This document shows positions 1 to 10,466 of a stretch of DNA of 61,498 nt, one piece after another; within the stretch, counting starts at the first letter, position 1; every line of letters starts with the position of its first letter. The position numbers and the translations under genes are program-made. The stretch covers positions 1 through 61,498 of the forward strand of contig JALEKC010000154.1 in assembly GCA_022769325.1 (NCBI GenBank), in the 5' to 3' direction. The notes below the pieces were generated by a model. It saw only the letters and a program-made list of their open reading frames with translations, was not told the origin of the DNA and did no database searches. The DNA comes from Eubacterium sp. Lineage in GTDB: Bacteria; Bacillota; Clostridia; Lachnospirales; Lachnospiraceae.

Positions 1-1
1 A

Positions 2-2401
2 ACAAAGGAAGAAACAAAGGAAGAAAAGACAAAAGTGGAAGAGAAAAAAGAAGTAATTAGTACAAAAGAAGAACCGAAAAAAGATATTCTGAAAGAAGAG
101 AAGACGGAGGACGCTGATAAGAGTCCGGAAGTGACACAAAAAGAAAAGAAAAATGTGCAGAAGGAACATAAGAAACAGAAAACAGAGGAGAACCAACTGA
201 ACGTGCCTGAAGCAGAATCAAAGAAAACAATGCCTGAAAAGAAAAAAAATGTAAATCATTCATCCAATTCTAATACCAATGACCGTCGTGGAGATAACAA
301 CCGAGGAGACCGCCGGCAAAATCACAATGCTAACAACAGGGGAGAACGTCGACAAAATAATAATGGTGGCGATCGTCGTGGAAACAATCGAGGAGATCGC
401 GGTCAGGGAAATAATGCACGAAATGGCGAAAAAGTATTTGAGCGTTTTGAAAAAGCTCAAAGTGGTTTTGATGGAATCAAACAAGAACAGAAAAATTCCA
501 GAAAGCGCAATAAGAAACCTGCTGATAAGGGAACTTATAAGAAATCAACCAAAGAAGAAATGAGCCGTATCCGGAGCAAAAAGGATCCCAATCGTAAAGG
601 TGCATTTATTAAGCCGGAGCCGGTTGCCAAAGAGCCGGAAGAGACCATTAAGCAAATTACAATTCCGGAAAGTTTGACCATTCGGGAATTGGCAGATAAG
701 ATGAAGATGCCACCAGCAGCCTTGGTGAAAAAACTGTTCCTGCAGGGCCAGGTTGTGTCATTGAACCAGGATATCTCCTTTGAGGAGGCAGAAGAGATTG
801 CTTTGGAATTTGACATTATTGCCGAAAAAGAAGAAAAGATTGATATGGTAGCAGAACTCTTGAAAGAAGAAGAAGAGCCGGAAGAAGAGATGAGAAAACG
901 TCCACCGGTTGTTTGTGTAATGGGACACGTAGACCATGGAAAAACATCTCTTCTGGATGCAATCCGTGAAGCCAATGTGACCTCTCATGAGGCGGGAGGA
1001 ATCACCCAGCATATCGGTGCTTATGTAGTAGAAATCAATGGAGAGAAAATTACATTTTTGGATACGCCGGGACATGAAGCTTTTACGTCTATGCGTATGC
1101 GTGGTGCACAGTCTACGGATATTGCCATTCTGGTGGTGGCAGCGGATGATGGTGTCATGCCACAGACCGTGGAAGCAATTAACCATGCCAAAGCTGCCGG
1201 TGTAGAGATTATTGTTGCCATCAATAAGATTGATAAAGAAGGTGCCAATATTGAGCGAGTTAAGCAGGAATTGGCAGAGTACGAACTGATTCCGGAAGAC
1301 TGGGGAGGAAGTACCGTATTTGTTCCGGTTTCTGCCCATACCAAAGAAGGTATTGAACAACTTTTGGAAATGATTGTACTTACTTCAGAAGTTCTTGAAT
1401 TGAAGGCAAATCCAAATCGAAAAGCTCGTGGTATCGTAATTGAAGCGAGATTGGATAAAGGACGTGGTCCGGTGGCAACCGTTCTGGTTCAGAAAGGAAC
1501 GTTACGAATCGGGGATCATGTTGCAGTAGGGCCGGCACATGGTAAAGTACGTGCCATGATTGATCATAATGGAGAGCGTGTGAAAGTGGCGACACCTTCT
1601 ACTCCTGTAGAAATACTTGGATTAAGTGGAGCACCGGATGCCGGAGAAATCTTTGTGGCAACGGAAAGCGATAAAGAGGCAAAACAAATTTCTCAGGCTT
1701 ACATTGATCAGAGCAAAGATAAATTGCTGGAGGAAACGAAAGCAAAGAAATTGTCTTTAGATGGTTTGTTCAACCAGATTCAGGCCGGAAATGTCAAAGA
1801 TTTGAATTTGATTATCAAAGCAGATGTGCAGGGTTCAGTGGAAGCTGTCAAACAAAGTTTGTTAAAACTTGGAAATGAAGAGGTGGCAGTACGGGTGATT
1901 CATGGTGGTGTTGGTGCCATTACGGAATCGGACGTTTCCCTTGCCAGCGCTTCCAATGCCATTATCATCGGATTTAACATTCGTCCGGACAATACAGCTA
2001 AAGAAGTGGCGGAGCGGGAAAATGTGGATGTTCGTTTATACCGTGTCATTTATGATGCCATTGAAGATATTGAAAATGCGTTAAAAGGAATGCTGGAGCC
2101 AATTTATGAAGAAAAGGTAATTGGCCATGTGGAAGTTCGTCAGACATTCAAGGCTTCCGGAGTAGGTACGATTGCCGGTTCCTATGTGTTGGACGGAAAA
2201 GTGCAGCGTGGATGTAAATGTCGTGTTTACCGTGGTGATGACATGATATTCGAAGGAGATTTAGCTTCCTTAAAACGATTCAAAGATGATGTAAAAGAAG
2301 TGGCTGCCGGCTATGAATGTGGTTTGGTATTTAGCAACTTTAATGATGTACAGATGGAAGATCGGGTAGAATGTTATATCATGGTAGAAGTTCCAAGATA
2401 G
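2..2401 (+). CDS. infB: Translation initiation factor IF-2 (5'-truncated by window edge)
   Basis: GTPase motifs [17 protein letters not shown]; C-terminal [11 protein letters not shown]. Frame is open from base 2, so the true start lies upstream. Confidence 0.98.
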   Translation, partial: TKEETKEEKTKVEEKKEVISTKEEPKKDILKEEKTEDADKSPEVTQKEKKNVQKEHKKQKTEENQLNVPEAESKKTMPEKKKNVNHSSNSNTNDRRGDNNRGDRRQNHNANNRGERRQNNNGGDRRGNNRGDRGQGNNARNGEKVFERFEKAQSGFDGIKQEQKNSRKRNKKPADKGTYKKSTKEEMSRIRSKKDPNRKGAFIKPEPVAKEPEETIKQITIPESLTIRELADKMKMPPAALVKKLFLQGQVVSLNQDISFEEAEEIALEFDIIAEKEEKIDMVAELLKEEEEPEEEMRKRPPVVCVMGHVDHGKTSLLDAIREANVTSHEAGGITQHIGAYVVEINGEKITFLDTPGHEAFTSMRMRGAQSTDIAILVVAADDGVMPQTVEAINHAKAAGVEIIVAINKIDKEGANIERVKQELAEYELIPEDWGGSTVFVPVSAHTKEGIEQLLEMIVLTSEVLELKANPNRKARGIVIEARLDKGRGPVATVLVQKGTLRIGDHVAVGPAHGKVRAMIDHNGERVKVATPSTPVEILGLSGAPDAGEIFVATESDKEAKQISQAYIDQSKDKLLEETKAKKLSLDGLFNQIQAGNVKDLNLIIKADVQGSVEAVKQSLLKLGNEEVAVRVIHGGVGAITESDVSLASASNAIIIGFNIRPDNTAKEVAERENVDVRLYRVIYDAIEDIENALKGMLEPIYEEKVIGHVEVRQTFKASGVGTIAGSYVLDGKVQRGCKCRVYRGDDMIFEGDLASLKRFKDDVKEVAAGYECGLVFSNFNDVQMEDRVECYIMVEVPR

Positions 2402-2476
2402 AATGAAATCAATATGGAAGCAAATACGGAAGTAACTGTGGAAACGCAGTTGCTTTCGTGCTAAAGGAGAAAAGAC

Positions 2477-2833
2477 ATGAAAAAAAATAGTGTTAAAAAT
2501 ATTCGTATCAATAGCGAAGTGCAGCGGGAGATGAGCCAGATTATTCGGGAAGACATCAAAGATCCCCGCATTCATCCGCTGACTTCGGTGATGGCGGTGG
2601 AGGTAACTCCGGATTTGAAATTTGCCAAAATATTTATTAGTGTGTTTGGAAGTGAAGAAGAGAAAAAAAAGACCATGGAAGGGTTGAAAAAAAGTGCTTC
2701 TTTTGCTCGCATGCAATTGGCAAAACGTATGAATTTGCGAAATACACCGGAATTAACATTTATATTGGATGAGTCTATTGAATATGGTGTTAATATGTCA
2801 AAAAGAATTGATGAAGTAAATCATAAAGAATAG
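2477..2833 (+). CDS. rbfA: Ribosome-binding factor A
   Basis: IKDPRI, VEVTPDLKFAKIFIS and LRNTPELTF motifs; AAGGAG RBS; follows infB. Confidence 0.97.
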   Translation: MKKNSVKNIRINSEVQREMSQIIREDIKDPRIHPLTSVMAVEVTPDLKFAKIFISVFGSEEEKKKTMEGLKKSASFARMQLAKRMNLRNTPELTFILDESIEYGVNMSKRIDEVNHKE

Positions 2834-2886
2834 TGTGGACTGAGCCCGGAGGGACGGTTGCCACAGGAATCTTAAAAGGAGTAAAA

Positions 2887-3837
2887 ATGAAATTCATAGA
2901 AAAAATCGAAAAAGCCAAAACCATTGCTATCGGTGGGCACATAAGACCGGATGGAGATTGTATTGGCTCCTGTATGGGACTTTTTGGCTTTATCAAGGAT
3001 TATTATCCTGAAAAAAACGTAACAGTGTATCTGGAAGACATTCCGGATTCTTTTGAGTATCTTAAAAAAGAGGAAGCTCTTCCAAAGAATCAGCAAAGAG
3101 AGTATGACTTATTTATTGCCTTGGATTGCGGTTCCATTGACCGCCTGGGAGAAGCGCAGGAGGTCTTTGAAAAGGCAAAAGAGACCATATGTGTGGATCA
3201 TCATATCAGCAATACCAGTTTTGCTGCGGAAAACATGGTAAGGGCAGATGCCTCTTCCACTTGTGAAATTTTGTGTGAATTGCTGCCTATGGAAAAAATC
3301 GGGATGTTTTCCGCTACGGCATTTTATACAGGGTTGATTCATGATACCGGAGTATTTAAGCATTCCAATACGTCAAAAAAGACCATGGCAATCGCTGGAG
3401 AACTGATAGAAAAAGGGATTCCTTTTGGGACCATTATTGATGAAAGCTTTTATATGAAAACGTATCATCAATTGCAAATTATGGGACGTTGTCTGTTAGA
3501 AAGTATCCGGGTTATGAATGGAAAATGTATTGTATCTGTTGTAACCAAACAGATGATGGAATTTTATGGAGCAAAATCCTCAGATTTAGATGGAATCATT
3601 GATGAATTGAGGACTACTAAGGGAGTTGAGGTGGCGATTTTACTGACGGAAAAGGAACCTTTGGAATACAAGGTAAGTATGCGCTCAAACCAGATTGTGG
3701 ATGTCAGCAGAATTGCTGTATTTTTCGGTGGTGGCGGACATGTAAGAGCAGCCGGGTGCACCATCAAAGGTTCTTCTTATGATGTAATCAACAATTTAAC
3801 CGAACATATTGAAAAGCAGTTAAATCAGGAAATATAA
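2887..3837 (+). CDS. nrnA: DHH/DHHA1 bifunctional oligoribonuclease/PAP phosphatase (NrnA family)
   Basis: HIRPDGDCIGS, DHH and GGGGHVRAAG motifs; start moved to ATG 2887 after AAAGGAG. Confidence 0.9.
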   Translation: MKFIEKIEKAKTIAIGGHIRPDGDCIGSCMGLFGFIKDYYPEKNVTVYLEDIPDSFEYLKKEEALPKNQQREYDLFIALDCGSIDRLGEAQEVFEKAKETICVDHHISNTSFAAENMVRADASSTCEILCELLPMEKIGMFSATAFYTGLIHDTGVFKHSNTSKKTMAIAGELIEKGIPFGTIIDESFYMKTYHQLQIMGRCLLESIRVMNGKCIVSVVTKQMMEFYGAKSSDLDGIIDELRTTKGVEVAILLTEKEPLEYKVSMRSNQIVDVSRIAVFFGGGGHVRAAGCTIKGSSYDVINNLTEHIEKQLNQEI

Positions 3838-3859
3838 TAAAGATGGCGGAGGCATTCTC

Positions 3860-4774
3860 GTGGATGGAATTATCAATGTATATAAAGAAAAAGGCTATAC
3901 TTCTCATGATGTGGTTGCCAAACTTCGTGGCATACTACAGCAAAGAAAAATCGGTCATACCGGAACCTTGGATCCGGATGCTACTGGTGTGCTGCCGGTC
4001 TGCTTGGGAAAGGCAACGAAAGTATGTGAACTTCTTACCGATAAAAGAAAACATTATCTGGCAGTTGTGAAACTTGGAATTCAAACAGATACCCAGGATA
4101 TGACAGGAACGATATTGAAGGAGAAAGAAGTTCAAGTGACACAAGAGGAGATTATCCAGACGGTGAAGTCTTTTGTTGGAGATTATGAACAGATTCCCCC
4201 CATGTATTCCGCTGTGAAAGTAAATGGAAAACGTCTTTATGAATTGGCAAGACAGGGCAAAGAGGTTGCCAGGAAAGCCAGGAAAGTATGCCTATATTCC
4301 TGTGATATCCGGGAGATGAATCTTGCACAAAATGAATTTTCCATGGAAGTATGCTGTTCGAAAGGAACCTATATCCGAACTCTCTGTCAGGATATCGGAG
4401 AAAAATTAGGATGTGGTGCAGCCATGGCATCTCTGGTACGTTTGCAGGTGGACCAATTTCAGCTTGAGGATGCATTGACCCTGGCTCAGATTGAACAATT
4501 AAAAAAAGAAGACAAATTATCTTCCTATATTTTGCCCATCGATGAGTTGTTCCGGCATTATCCAGCAAGGGCGATTGAAAAAAGGGCTCTGTGTTATTTG
4601 CAAAATGGCAATTTGATTGCAAGAAATTATTGCAATGATAAGGAAAAGCCGAAAGAGGGAACGCGGGTACGCATGTATGACGAGATGGGAAGATTTTATG
4701 CCATTTATCGATATGATGAGAAGCAGGATGCTTATGTAAATGATAAAATGTTTTTTCCTCATACGGAAGCGTGA
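3860..4774 (+). CDS. truB: tRNA pseudouridine(55) synthase
   Basis: GHTGTLDPDATGVL, PPMYSAVK and CSKGTYIRTL motifs; GTG start after GGAGG. Confidence 0.97.
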   Translation: MDGIINVYKEKGYTSHDVVAKLRGILQQRKIGHTGTLDPDATGVLPVCLGKATKVCELLTDKRKHYLAVVKLGIQTDTQDMTGTILKEKEVQVTQEEIIQTVKSFVGDYEQIPPMYSAVKVNGKRLYELARQGKEVARKARKVCLYSCDIREMNLAQNEFSMEVCCSKGTYIRTLCQDIGEKLGCGAAMASLVRLQVDQFQLEDALTLAQIEQLKKEDKLSSYILPIDELFRHYPARAIEKRALCYLQNGNLIARNYCNDKEKPKEGTRVRMYDEMGRFYAIYRYDEKQDAYVNDKMFFPHTEA

Positions 4775-4790
4775 CCGGAAGGAGAAAAAA

Positions 4791-5684
4791 ATGATTGTAG
4801 TAAAAAAACAACCATATCAGATGAAAAATACGGCAGTTTGTATCGGAAAATTTGACGGTCTGCATATGGGACACCAAAGTTTGATTGCGGAAATATCAAA
4901 ATATACCCAGTATCAAAAAGTACTTTTTACCTTTGCTTTTCCGGAAGGACCTTATATTCTGACTCCGGAGGAAAAATATGTAAAAGCAGAAAAATTGGGG
5001 ATTGATCTTTATGTGGAATGTCCCTTTGATGAAACATTAAAGGAATTGTCAGCAGAGGAATTTTTTGATGAGATTTTACTTCGTCAATGTGATGCCAAAG
5101 TGATTTGTGTCGGCGACGATTTTCATTTTGGCAAAAATCGCGGCGGGGATGTGAGATTATTACAAAAAATGTCCGAGAAAGCAGGCATTGTCTGTATTGT
5201 TGTGCCAAAGAAAAAAATGTATGATGAAATTATAAGTAGTACAAGAATTCGCAAGTGTCTGGGAGATGGCAGTCTTTCGCTTGCCAATGAACTCTTAGGC
5301 GCCCCCTATATGGTTATGGGAGAGGTGGTTCATGGAAACAAAATTGGGCGGACCCTGGATATGCCTACCGCCAATCAGATTCCGGAGGGACGAAAAATCC
5401 TTCCCCCTTTTGGAGTTTACGCTTCTCGGGTGTGTGTAGAGGGAGAGTATTATTTTGGGGTGACCAATCTTGGGGTTAAACCGACGATTCCCGGAGAAAA
5501 TCAGATTGGTGTAGAAACCTGTCTGTTACAATTTGAGGGGGATTTATATGGAAAAAAGATACAGGTGGAACTTTGTGAATTTATACGAGGAGAGCGGAAA
5601 TTTGCAAATTTGGAGCAATTGATGCATCAAATGGAGGCGGATAAAAAAAATGCTGGTCTTTTCTTTGGACAACCAATCAAATAA
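4791..5684 (+). CDS. ribF: Bifunctional riboflavin kinase/FAD synthetase
   Basis: IGKFDGLHMGH, ISSTRIR, GRTLDMPTAN and IRGERKF motifs; ATG 4791 after AAGGAG. Confidence 0.95.
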   Translation: MIVVKKQPYQMKNTAVCIGKFDGLHMGHQSLIAEISKYTQYQKVLFTFAFPEGPYILTPEEKYVKAEKLGIDLYVECPFDETLKELSAEEFFDEILLRQCDAKVICVGDDFHFGKNRGGDVRLLQKMSEKAGIVCIVVPKKKMYDEIISSTRIRKCLGDGSLSLANELLGAPYMVMGEVVHGNKIGRTLDMPTANQIPEGRKILPPFGVYASRVCVEGEYYFGVTNLGVKPTIPGENQIGVETCLLQFEGDLYGKKIQVELCEFIRGERKFANLEQLMHQMEADKKNAGLFFGQPIK

Positions 5685-7044
5685 ACCATTGTATCAACAA
5701 ATATATGAACATATCAAGCAGGAAATTATGAAGGGGAGACTTTCCTATGGAGAAAAACTGCCTTCTGCGAGAGAATTGGCGTCCACGCTGTTGATAAGCA
5801 GAAATCCCGTTGATACAGCCTATGAGCAATTAATGGCAGAAGGGTATGTATATTCTCTTCCTCAAAAAGGATATTATGTCAATGAAATTACTTATATCAA
5901 AGAGTATGGGCAAGAGGAAGAAAAGAATTCTCCATGTTTTGAGGAGAGGGAAGAATCATCTCAACAATGGAAGTACAATTTTAATCCGGATGAAGTGGAC
6001 TACAGTCATTTTCCCTATTCCACCTTTCGCTCGGTGACAAGAAGTGTGCTGGAACAGAGGGATTTTCTCTCCTCGGGAAATCCAAAGGGCGAGCAGGAAC
6101 TTTGCAAAGAGGTGGCAAAATATCTATACCGGTCACGAGGCGTTCAATGTGAACTGTCACAAATTGTTATGGGAGCGGGAATCGGATATTTACTGCAATT
6201 GCTTTCTGTATTATTTCGCAGTAAAAAACGGATTGCTTTTGAAGAACCCGGATACGTTCGCGCCAAAGGCATTTTTTCATCTTACGGATTTGAGATTGTT
6301 AATTTGCCCATTCAAAGGGAGGGAATCACTCCCGAAATATTGGAGCGAGAAGGTGTGGAACTATGTTATCTGACCCCGTCTCATCAATTCCCGCTGGGGA
6401 CGGTTTTGGCGGCGCCGGAACGACAGCGGCTGTTACAATGGGCAAGGGAAAAAGAAGGGCGTTATTTGATTGAAGATGACCACGATAGTGAATATCGGTA
6501 CAAAGGGAAACCGATACCCGCGATGCAGAGCCTGGACCCAAAGGGAAAAGTGATTTATATCGGTACTTTTTCCAAGGCATTAACACCGGCACTTCGACTG
6601 GGATATATGGTTTTGCCCAAAGAATTGATTCCGATGTTTCATCGGGATTGTGGAGTCTACAATTGTCCGGTTTCCCGATTGGATCAACAAATCATTGCCT
6701 CATTTATGAGGGAAGGATATTTTGAAAAGCATTTGAACCGAATGCGGAAAATATACAAAGAAAAGCATGATATCATGTTGAATATGCTGCAAAAATATCC
6801 GGAAAAAGTGAAAGTGCATGGAGATTATGCCGGATTATATGTCATTGCCGAAGTACTAAAAAGAAGGAATGAACAGGATATGGTAAATGAGGCCACTTTG
6901 GCCGGCATATGTTTAAGACCCTTATCCGCTTATTATCAGGACTCGGTGCTATTGAAAAAACCTGCGTTTTTACTGGGTTTTGCCCTACCTGACAAGGAAC
7001 AGATTCAAAAAGGTGTATCTATATTATGCGAAGAAATATTTTAA
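5650..7044 (+). CDS. MocR/GabR-family GntR regulator with PLP-dependent aminotransferase-like domain
   Basis: N-terminal wHTH (KLPSARELA...LMAEGY); TPSHQFPLG, IEDDHDSEYRY and GTFSK (PLP lysine). Overlaps ribF by 35 nt. Confidence 0.92.
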   Translation: MLVFSLDNQSNKPLYQQIYEHIKQEIMKGRLSYGEKLPSARELASTLLISRNPVDTAYEQLMAEGYVYSLPQKGYYVNEITYIKEYGQEEEKNSPCFEEREESSQQWKYNFNPDEVDYSHFPYSTFRSVTRSVLEQRDFLSSGNPKGEQELCKEVAKYLYRSRGVQCELSQIVMGAGIGYLLQLLSVLFRSKKRIAFEEPGYVRAKGIFSSYGFEIVNLPIQREGITPEILEREGVELCYLTPSHQFPLGTVLAAPERQRLLQWAREKEGRYLIEDDHDSEYRYKGKPIPAMQSLDPKGKVIYIGTFSKALTPALRLGYMVLPKELIPMFHRDCGVYNCPVSRLDQQIIASFMREGYFEKHLNRMRKIYKEKHDIMLNMLQKYPEKVKVHGDYAGLYVIAEVLKRRNEQDMVNEATLAGICLRPLSAYYQDSVLLKKPAFLLGFALPDKEQIQKGVSILCEEIF

Positions 7045-7051
7045 AAAAATC

Positions 7052-7080
7052 TTGTATTTGTACGGAAAGTATATTAAAGT
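7052..7080 (+). promoter_or_regulatory. Putative sigmaA promoter for the Na/Pi cotransporter operon
   Basis: TTGTAT-17 nt-TAAAGT in the intergenic region. Confidence 0.4.
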
Positions 7081-7129
7081 AGAAGTATGAGATGAGAAAA
7101 ATACATAGGATTGAGAAGAGAGGAAAATA

Positions 7130-8767
7130 ATGGAATTAATATTGTCTATTTTAGCAGGTGTTGGCTTATTTTTGTATGGAATGAATTTGATGAGTGATGG
7201 ATTACAAAGAGTAGCCGGCCAAAAAATGAGAGATGTACTTGAAAAATTGACCAAAAGCTCAGTTATGGGACTTCTTTTGGGAATCGTTTTTACCGGTATT
7301 ATTCAATCATCCAATGCCACTACCGTTTTGGTTGTAAGTTTTGTCAACAGTGGAATCATGAAATTATCCCAGTCGGTGGGGGTGATTATGGGTGCCAATA
7401 TCGGTACCACCGTAACCGGTCAGCTTATTTCGTTTAAACTAGATGCCATTGCTCCATTTTTTATCATTGCCGGTGTGATTCTTGTTATGTTTATTAAGAA
7501 GCCTATGGCAAGGCGGATTGGAGAAGTAGTACTCGGATTTGGTATTTTATTCTTTGGAATGTCTACGTTGTCATCATCGGTAAAACACCTCAATGAATTC
7601 CAGGCGGTTAAGACATTGTTTGGAAGCATTACCAATCCATTTTTGGCAGTTTTAGTTGGATTTGTGCTGACTTCAATTTTACAAAGTGCCTCTGCTTCGG
7701 TAGGTATTCTGATTGTTTTGGCGTCTTCAGGACTGATACATCCGGATATTTGCTATTACATAATTATGGGATGCGATATCGGAGCTTGTGGTTCCGCAGT
7801 ATTGTCCAGTCTTGCCGGAAATAAAGATGCAAAACGTGCAGCATTGATTCACTTGCTGTTTAACCTGATTGGAACGGTTATTATTATGATTCTGCTTGCC
7901 ATTGCAGGAGATGCTATTCGTGCTGCTATTCACGGTTTAACGGCATCGATTGCAGATACCAGTCTTCGTGCAGGACGAGACGTGGCCAATATCAATTCCA
8001 TTTTGAAAGTATCCCAGGTAATTTTACTGTTCCCATTCAGCAAGTATCTGATTAAACTTACACGACTAATTGTAAGAGGTGCGGATGAAGAAGTTCATGG
8101 ATTGGAACTGAAATATATTGGAAAACATGCTATCTTTAACGCAACGACAGCACTTCCCCAGGCCATCAATGAAACAGAACGTATGGGGACCATGGCAATA
8201 AATAACTTAAAGCGTTCCATGAAAGCGTTGCTGGAGAAGGATGAAAAAGCACTGCAGGAAGTGTATCGAAAAGAAGAGGTCATTGATTTTCTCAATACCG
8301 AAATTTCCAATTATTTAGTACAGGCCAATCAGTTATCTCTGCCAATTCAAGATAAAAAAGAATTGGGTGCCATGTTCCATGTAGTTAATGATATTGAGAG
8401 AATTGGGGATCATGCAGAAAATATTGCAGATTTTGCCAAAACCATGCGAAAGGCAGAGTTGCAATTTAGTAAAAAAGCTACGAATGAATTAAACGACTTG
8501 TATGAAAAGGTATGTATTCTCTTGGATTATTCCATGAAGCAGTTTGTTTCCGGAGATGAGTCCCATGCCGTGGAAATCATGCAGTTGGAAGATGAAATTG
8601 ACAAGCTGGAGAAAAAATTCCAGAAAAAGCATGTGAATCGTCTGGCAAATAATAAATGTGAGCCACATGCGGCCATGATTTTTTCGGATTTATTGAGTAA
8701 TCTTGAACGTGTGGCAGATCATGGTGTCAACATTGCATTTGCAGAACAGGATGAAGAAGAAGCTTAA
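7130..8767 (+). CDS. Na/Pi cotransporter family protein with C-terminal PhoU-like domain
   Basis: Repeated QSS/QSAS...GANIGT motifs, hydrophobic N-terminal half, DIERIGDHAENI and LERVADH PhoU repeats. Confidence 0.92.
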   Translation: MELILSILAGVGLFLYGMNLMSDGLQRVAGQKMRDVLEKLTKSSVMGLLLGIVFTGIIQSSNATTVLVVSFVNSGIMKLSQSVGVIMGANIGTTVTGQLISFKLDAIAPFFIIAGVILVMFIKKPMARRIGEVVLGFGILFFGMSTLSSSVKHLNEFQAVKTLFGSITNPFLAVLVGFVLTSILQSASASVGILIVLASSGLIHPDICYYIIMGCDIGACGSAVLSSLAGNKDAKRAALIHLLFNLIGTVIIMILLAIAGDAIRAAIHGLTASIADTSLRAGRDVANINSILKVSQVILLFPFSKYLIKLTRLIVRGADEEVHGLELKYIGKHAIFNATTALPQAINETERMGTMAINNLKRSMKALLEKDEKALQEVYRKEEVIDFLNTEISNYLVQANQLSLPIQDKKELGAMFHVVNDIERIGDHAENIADFAKTMRKAELQFSKKATNELNDLYEKVCILLDYSMKQFVSGDESHAVEIMQLEDEIDKLEKKFQKKHVNRLANNKCEPHAAMIFSDLLSNLERVADHGVNIAFAEQDEEEA

Positions 8768-8791
8768 GTAAAGAGAGGGAAGGATGTATCG

Positions 8792-9670
8792 ATGTATTGG
8801 CTGATGGCAGGAATTTTTTTGCTGATTGTAGTATGGTTCCTTTATGGCTATCTTTCCAATTTTCGGATGGATGAAAAATGCTGCAGTAAGTATGAAATGA
8901 ATGAGCCAAAAGTAGTTTCCGGACAGGGCTTGCGAATGGTCTATCTGACTGATTTACATGGATGGCGTTATGGAAAAGACAATGAGAAACTGTGGATGAA
9001 GATTCGGGCCGCGGAGCCGGAAATCATCTGCATTGGAGGAGATATGACCGTGAAAGAAGGAGAGGGATGTGAATCCGCTCTTTCTTTATGTGATAGACTG
9101 TTGGAAATTGCACCGGTTTATTATGCCATGGGAAATCACGAAATTCGCATGCCTAGGTATGAAGAATATGTGACCCGGTTAGAGCAACTGGGAGTGTGTG
9201 TCTTGCGAAATGAAAGTACCATTTACCAAAAAGATTCCATGGAATATCATATTTATGGTTTGGATTTGCCATTGGAAAGTTATGCCAGGTGGAAAAAAAA
9301 TGTGCCGCCTACCGGAGAACAGTTACAGGAATTGTTGGGAAAACCGGAAGAAAGAGACACCGTCATGACGATTTTACTGGCACATAATCCTGCTTTTTTT
9401 CCCATTTATGCCTCATGGAAACCGGATTTGGTTTTGTCCGGACATTTTCATGGAGGAATTATGATTTTACCGGGAATTGGTGGTGTCATTGGACCGGATT
9501 TTAAATTGTTTCCCAAGTATGATGAAGGCCCGTTTCGGGAAAAAGATTCTTATATGATTGTGAGCCGGGGCTTGGGGACACATCATTTGCCTTTTCGGTT
9601 TTTCAACCCACCGGAAATGGTAATATTACAAATTAATCCAGGAGAAGAATTGACGTTGGAAAGGAAGTGA
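8792..9670 (+). CDS. Membrane-anchored calcineurin-like metallophosphoesterase (YkuE-like)
   Basis: TDLH, GGD, GNHE, LLAHNP, SGHFHGG and VSRGLG motifs; N-terminal TM segment. Confidence 0.9.
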   Translation: MYWLMAGIFLLIVVWFLYGYLSNFRMDEKCCSKYEMNEPKVVSGQGLRMVYLTDLHGWRYGKDNEKLWMKIRAAEPEIICIGGDMTVKEGEGCESALSLCDRLLEIAPVYYAMGNHEIRMPRYEEYVTRLEQLGVCVLRNESTIYQKDSMEYHIYGLDLPLESYARWKKNVPPTGEQLQELLGKPEERDTVMTILLAHNPAFFPIYASWKPDLVLSGHFHGGIMILPGIGGVIGPDFKLFPKYDEGPFREKDSYMIVSRGLGTHHLPFRFFNPPEMVILQINPGEELTLERK

Positions 9671-9674
9671 AAAC

Positions 9675-10463
9675 GTGGGAATACCAGTAAAGTTAGAGGT
9701 TTTTGAAGGTCCTTTGGATCTTTTGCTTCATTTGATTGAAAAAAATAAAGTGGATATTTATGATATTCCCATTGTTTTAATTACGGAGCAATATTTGGAT
9801 TATGTAAGTCAAATGGACCGAAAAGACATGGATGTCATGAGTGAATTTTTGGTGATGGCAGCAACCCTTGTTCGAATCAAATCCAAAATGCTTTTGCCGG
9901 TGGAGGAAAAAGAAGAGGAAGAATTTGAGGACCCAAGGCAGGAACTGGTGGAAAGAATTTTGGAATATAAGATGTATAAATATGCTTCTTATGAATTAAA
10001 AGATCGGCAGGTGGATGCCGGACGTATGGTATTTAAGGAACCAAGTATTCCAGAGGAAATCAAAGATTTCAAAGAAGAAGTTGCCATTGAGGATTTGCTC
10101 AGTGATGTAACCCTTGCAAAATTACAGGGGATTTTTAATTCTGTCATGAAAAAGCAGGTGGACAAGATTGATCCCATCCGTAGTAAATTTGGAGAAATTG
10201 AAAAAGAGGAAATCAGTCTGGAAGATCATATGGTATTTCTGGAGGACTATGCCAAGACCCATAAAACCTTTAGTTTTCGTAAACTATTGGAAAATGGTTC
10301 CAGCAAAACCTATGTCATTGTTTCCTTTTTGGGAATTTTGGAAATGATGAAGATAGGAAAACTTACCATCGTGCAGGAGAATATTTTTGATGATATTCTG
10401 ATTACTTACCGGGAAAATGAGAATGGAAAAAATGAGAATGAAAAAAGCGAAAGTGAGGAATAA
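9675..10463 (+). CDS. scpA: Segregation and condensation protein A
   Basis: FEGPLDLLLHLI, IKSKMLLP and DPRQELV motifs. Confidence 0.96.
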   Translation: MGIPVKLEVFEGPLDLLLHLIEKNKVDIYDIPIVLITEQYLDYVSQMDRKDMDVMSEFLVMAATLVRIKSKMLLPVEEKEEEEFEDPRQELVERILEYKMYKYASYELKDRQVDAGRMVFKEPSIPEEIKDFKEEVAIEDLLSDVTLAKLQGIFNSVMKKQVDKIDPIRSKFGEIEKEEISLEDHMVFLEDYAKTHKTFSFRKLLENGSSKTYVIVSFLGILEMMKIGKLTIVQENIFDDILITYRENENGKNENEKSESEE

Positions 10464-10466
10464 AAA

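Noticed and set aside
270-430. Imperfect RGD/NN repeats in the infB 5' region
   Set aside because: Low-complexity linker typical of IF-2 N-termini; not a repeat array or CRISPR.
4152-4877. 241-aa minus-strand ORF and the many other short antisense or alternate-frame ORFs in the track
   Set aside because: They overlap well-supported genes and show no recognisable motifs; treated as shadow ORFs.
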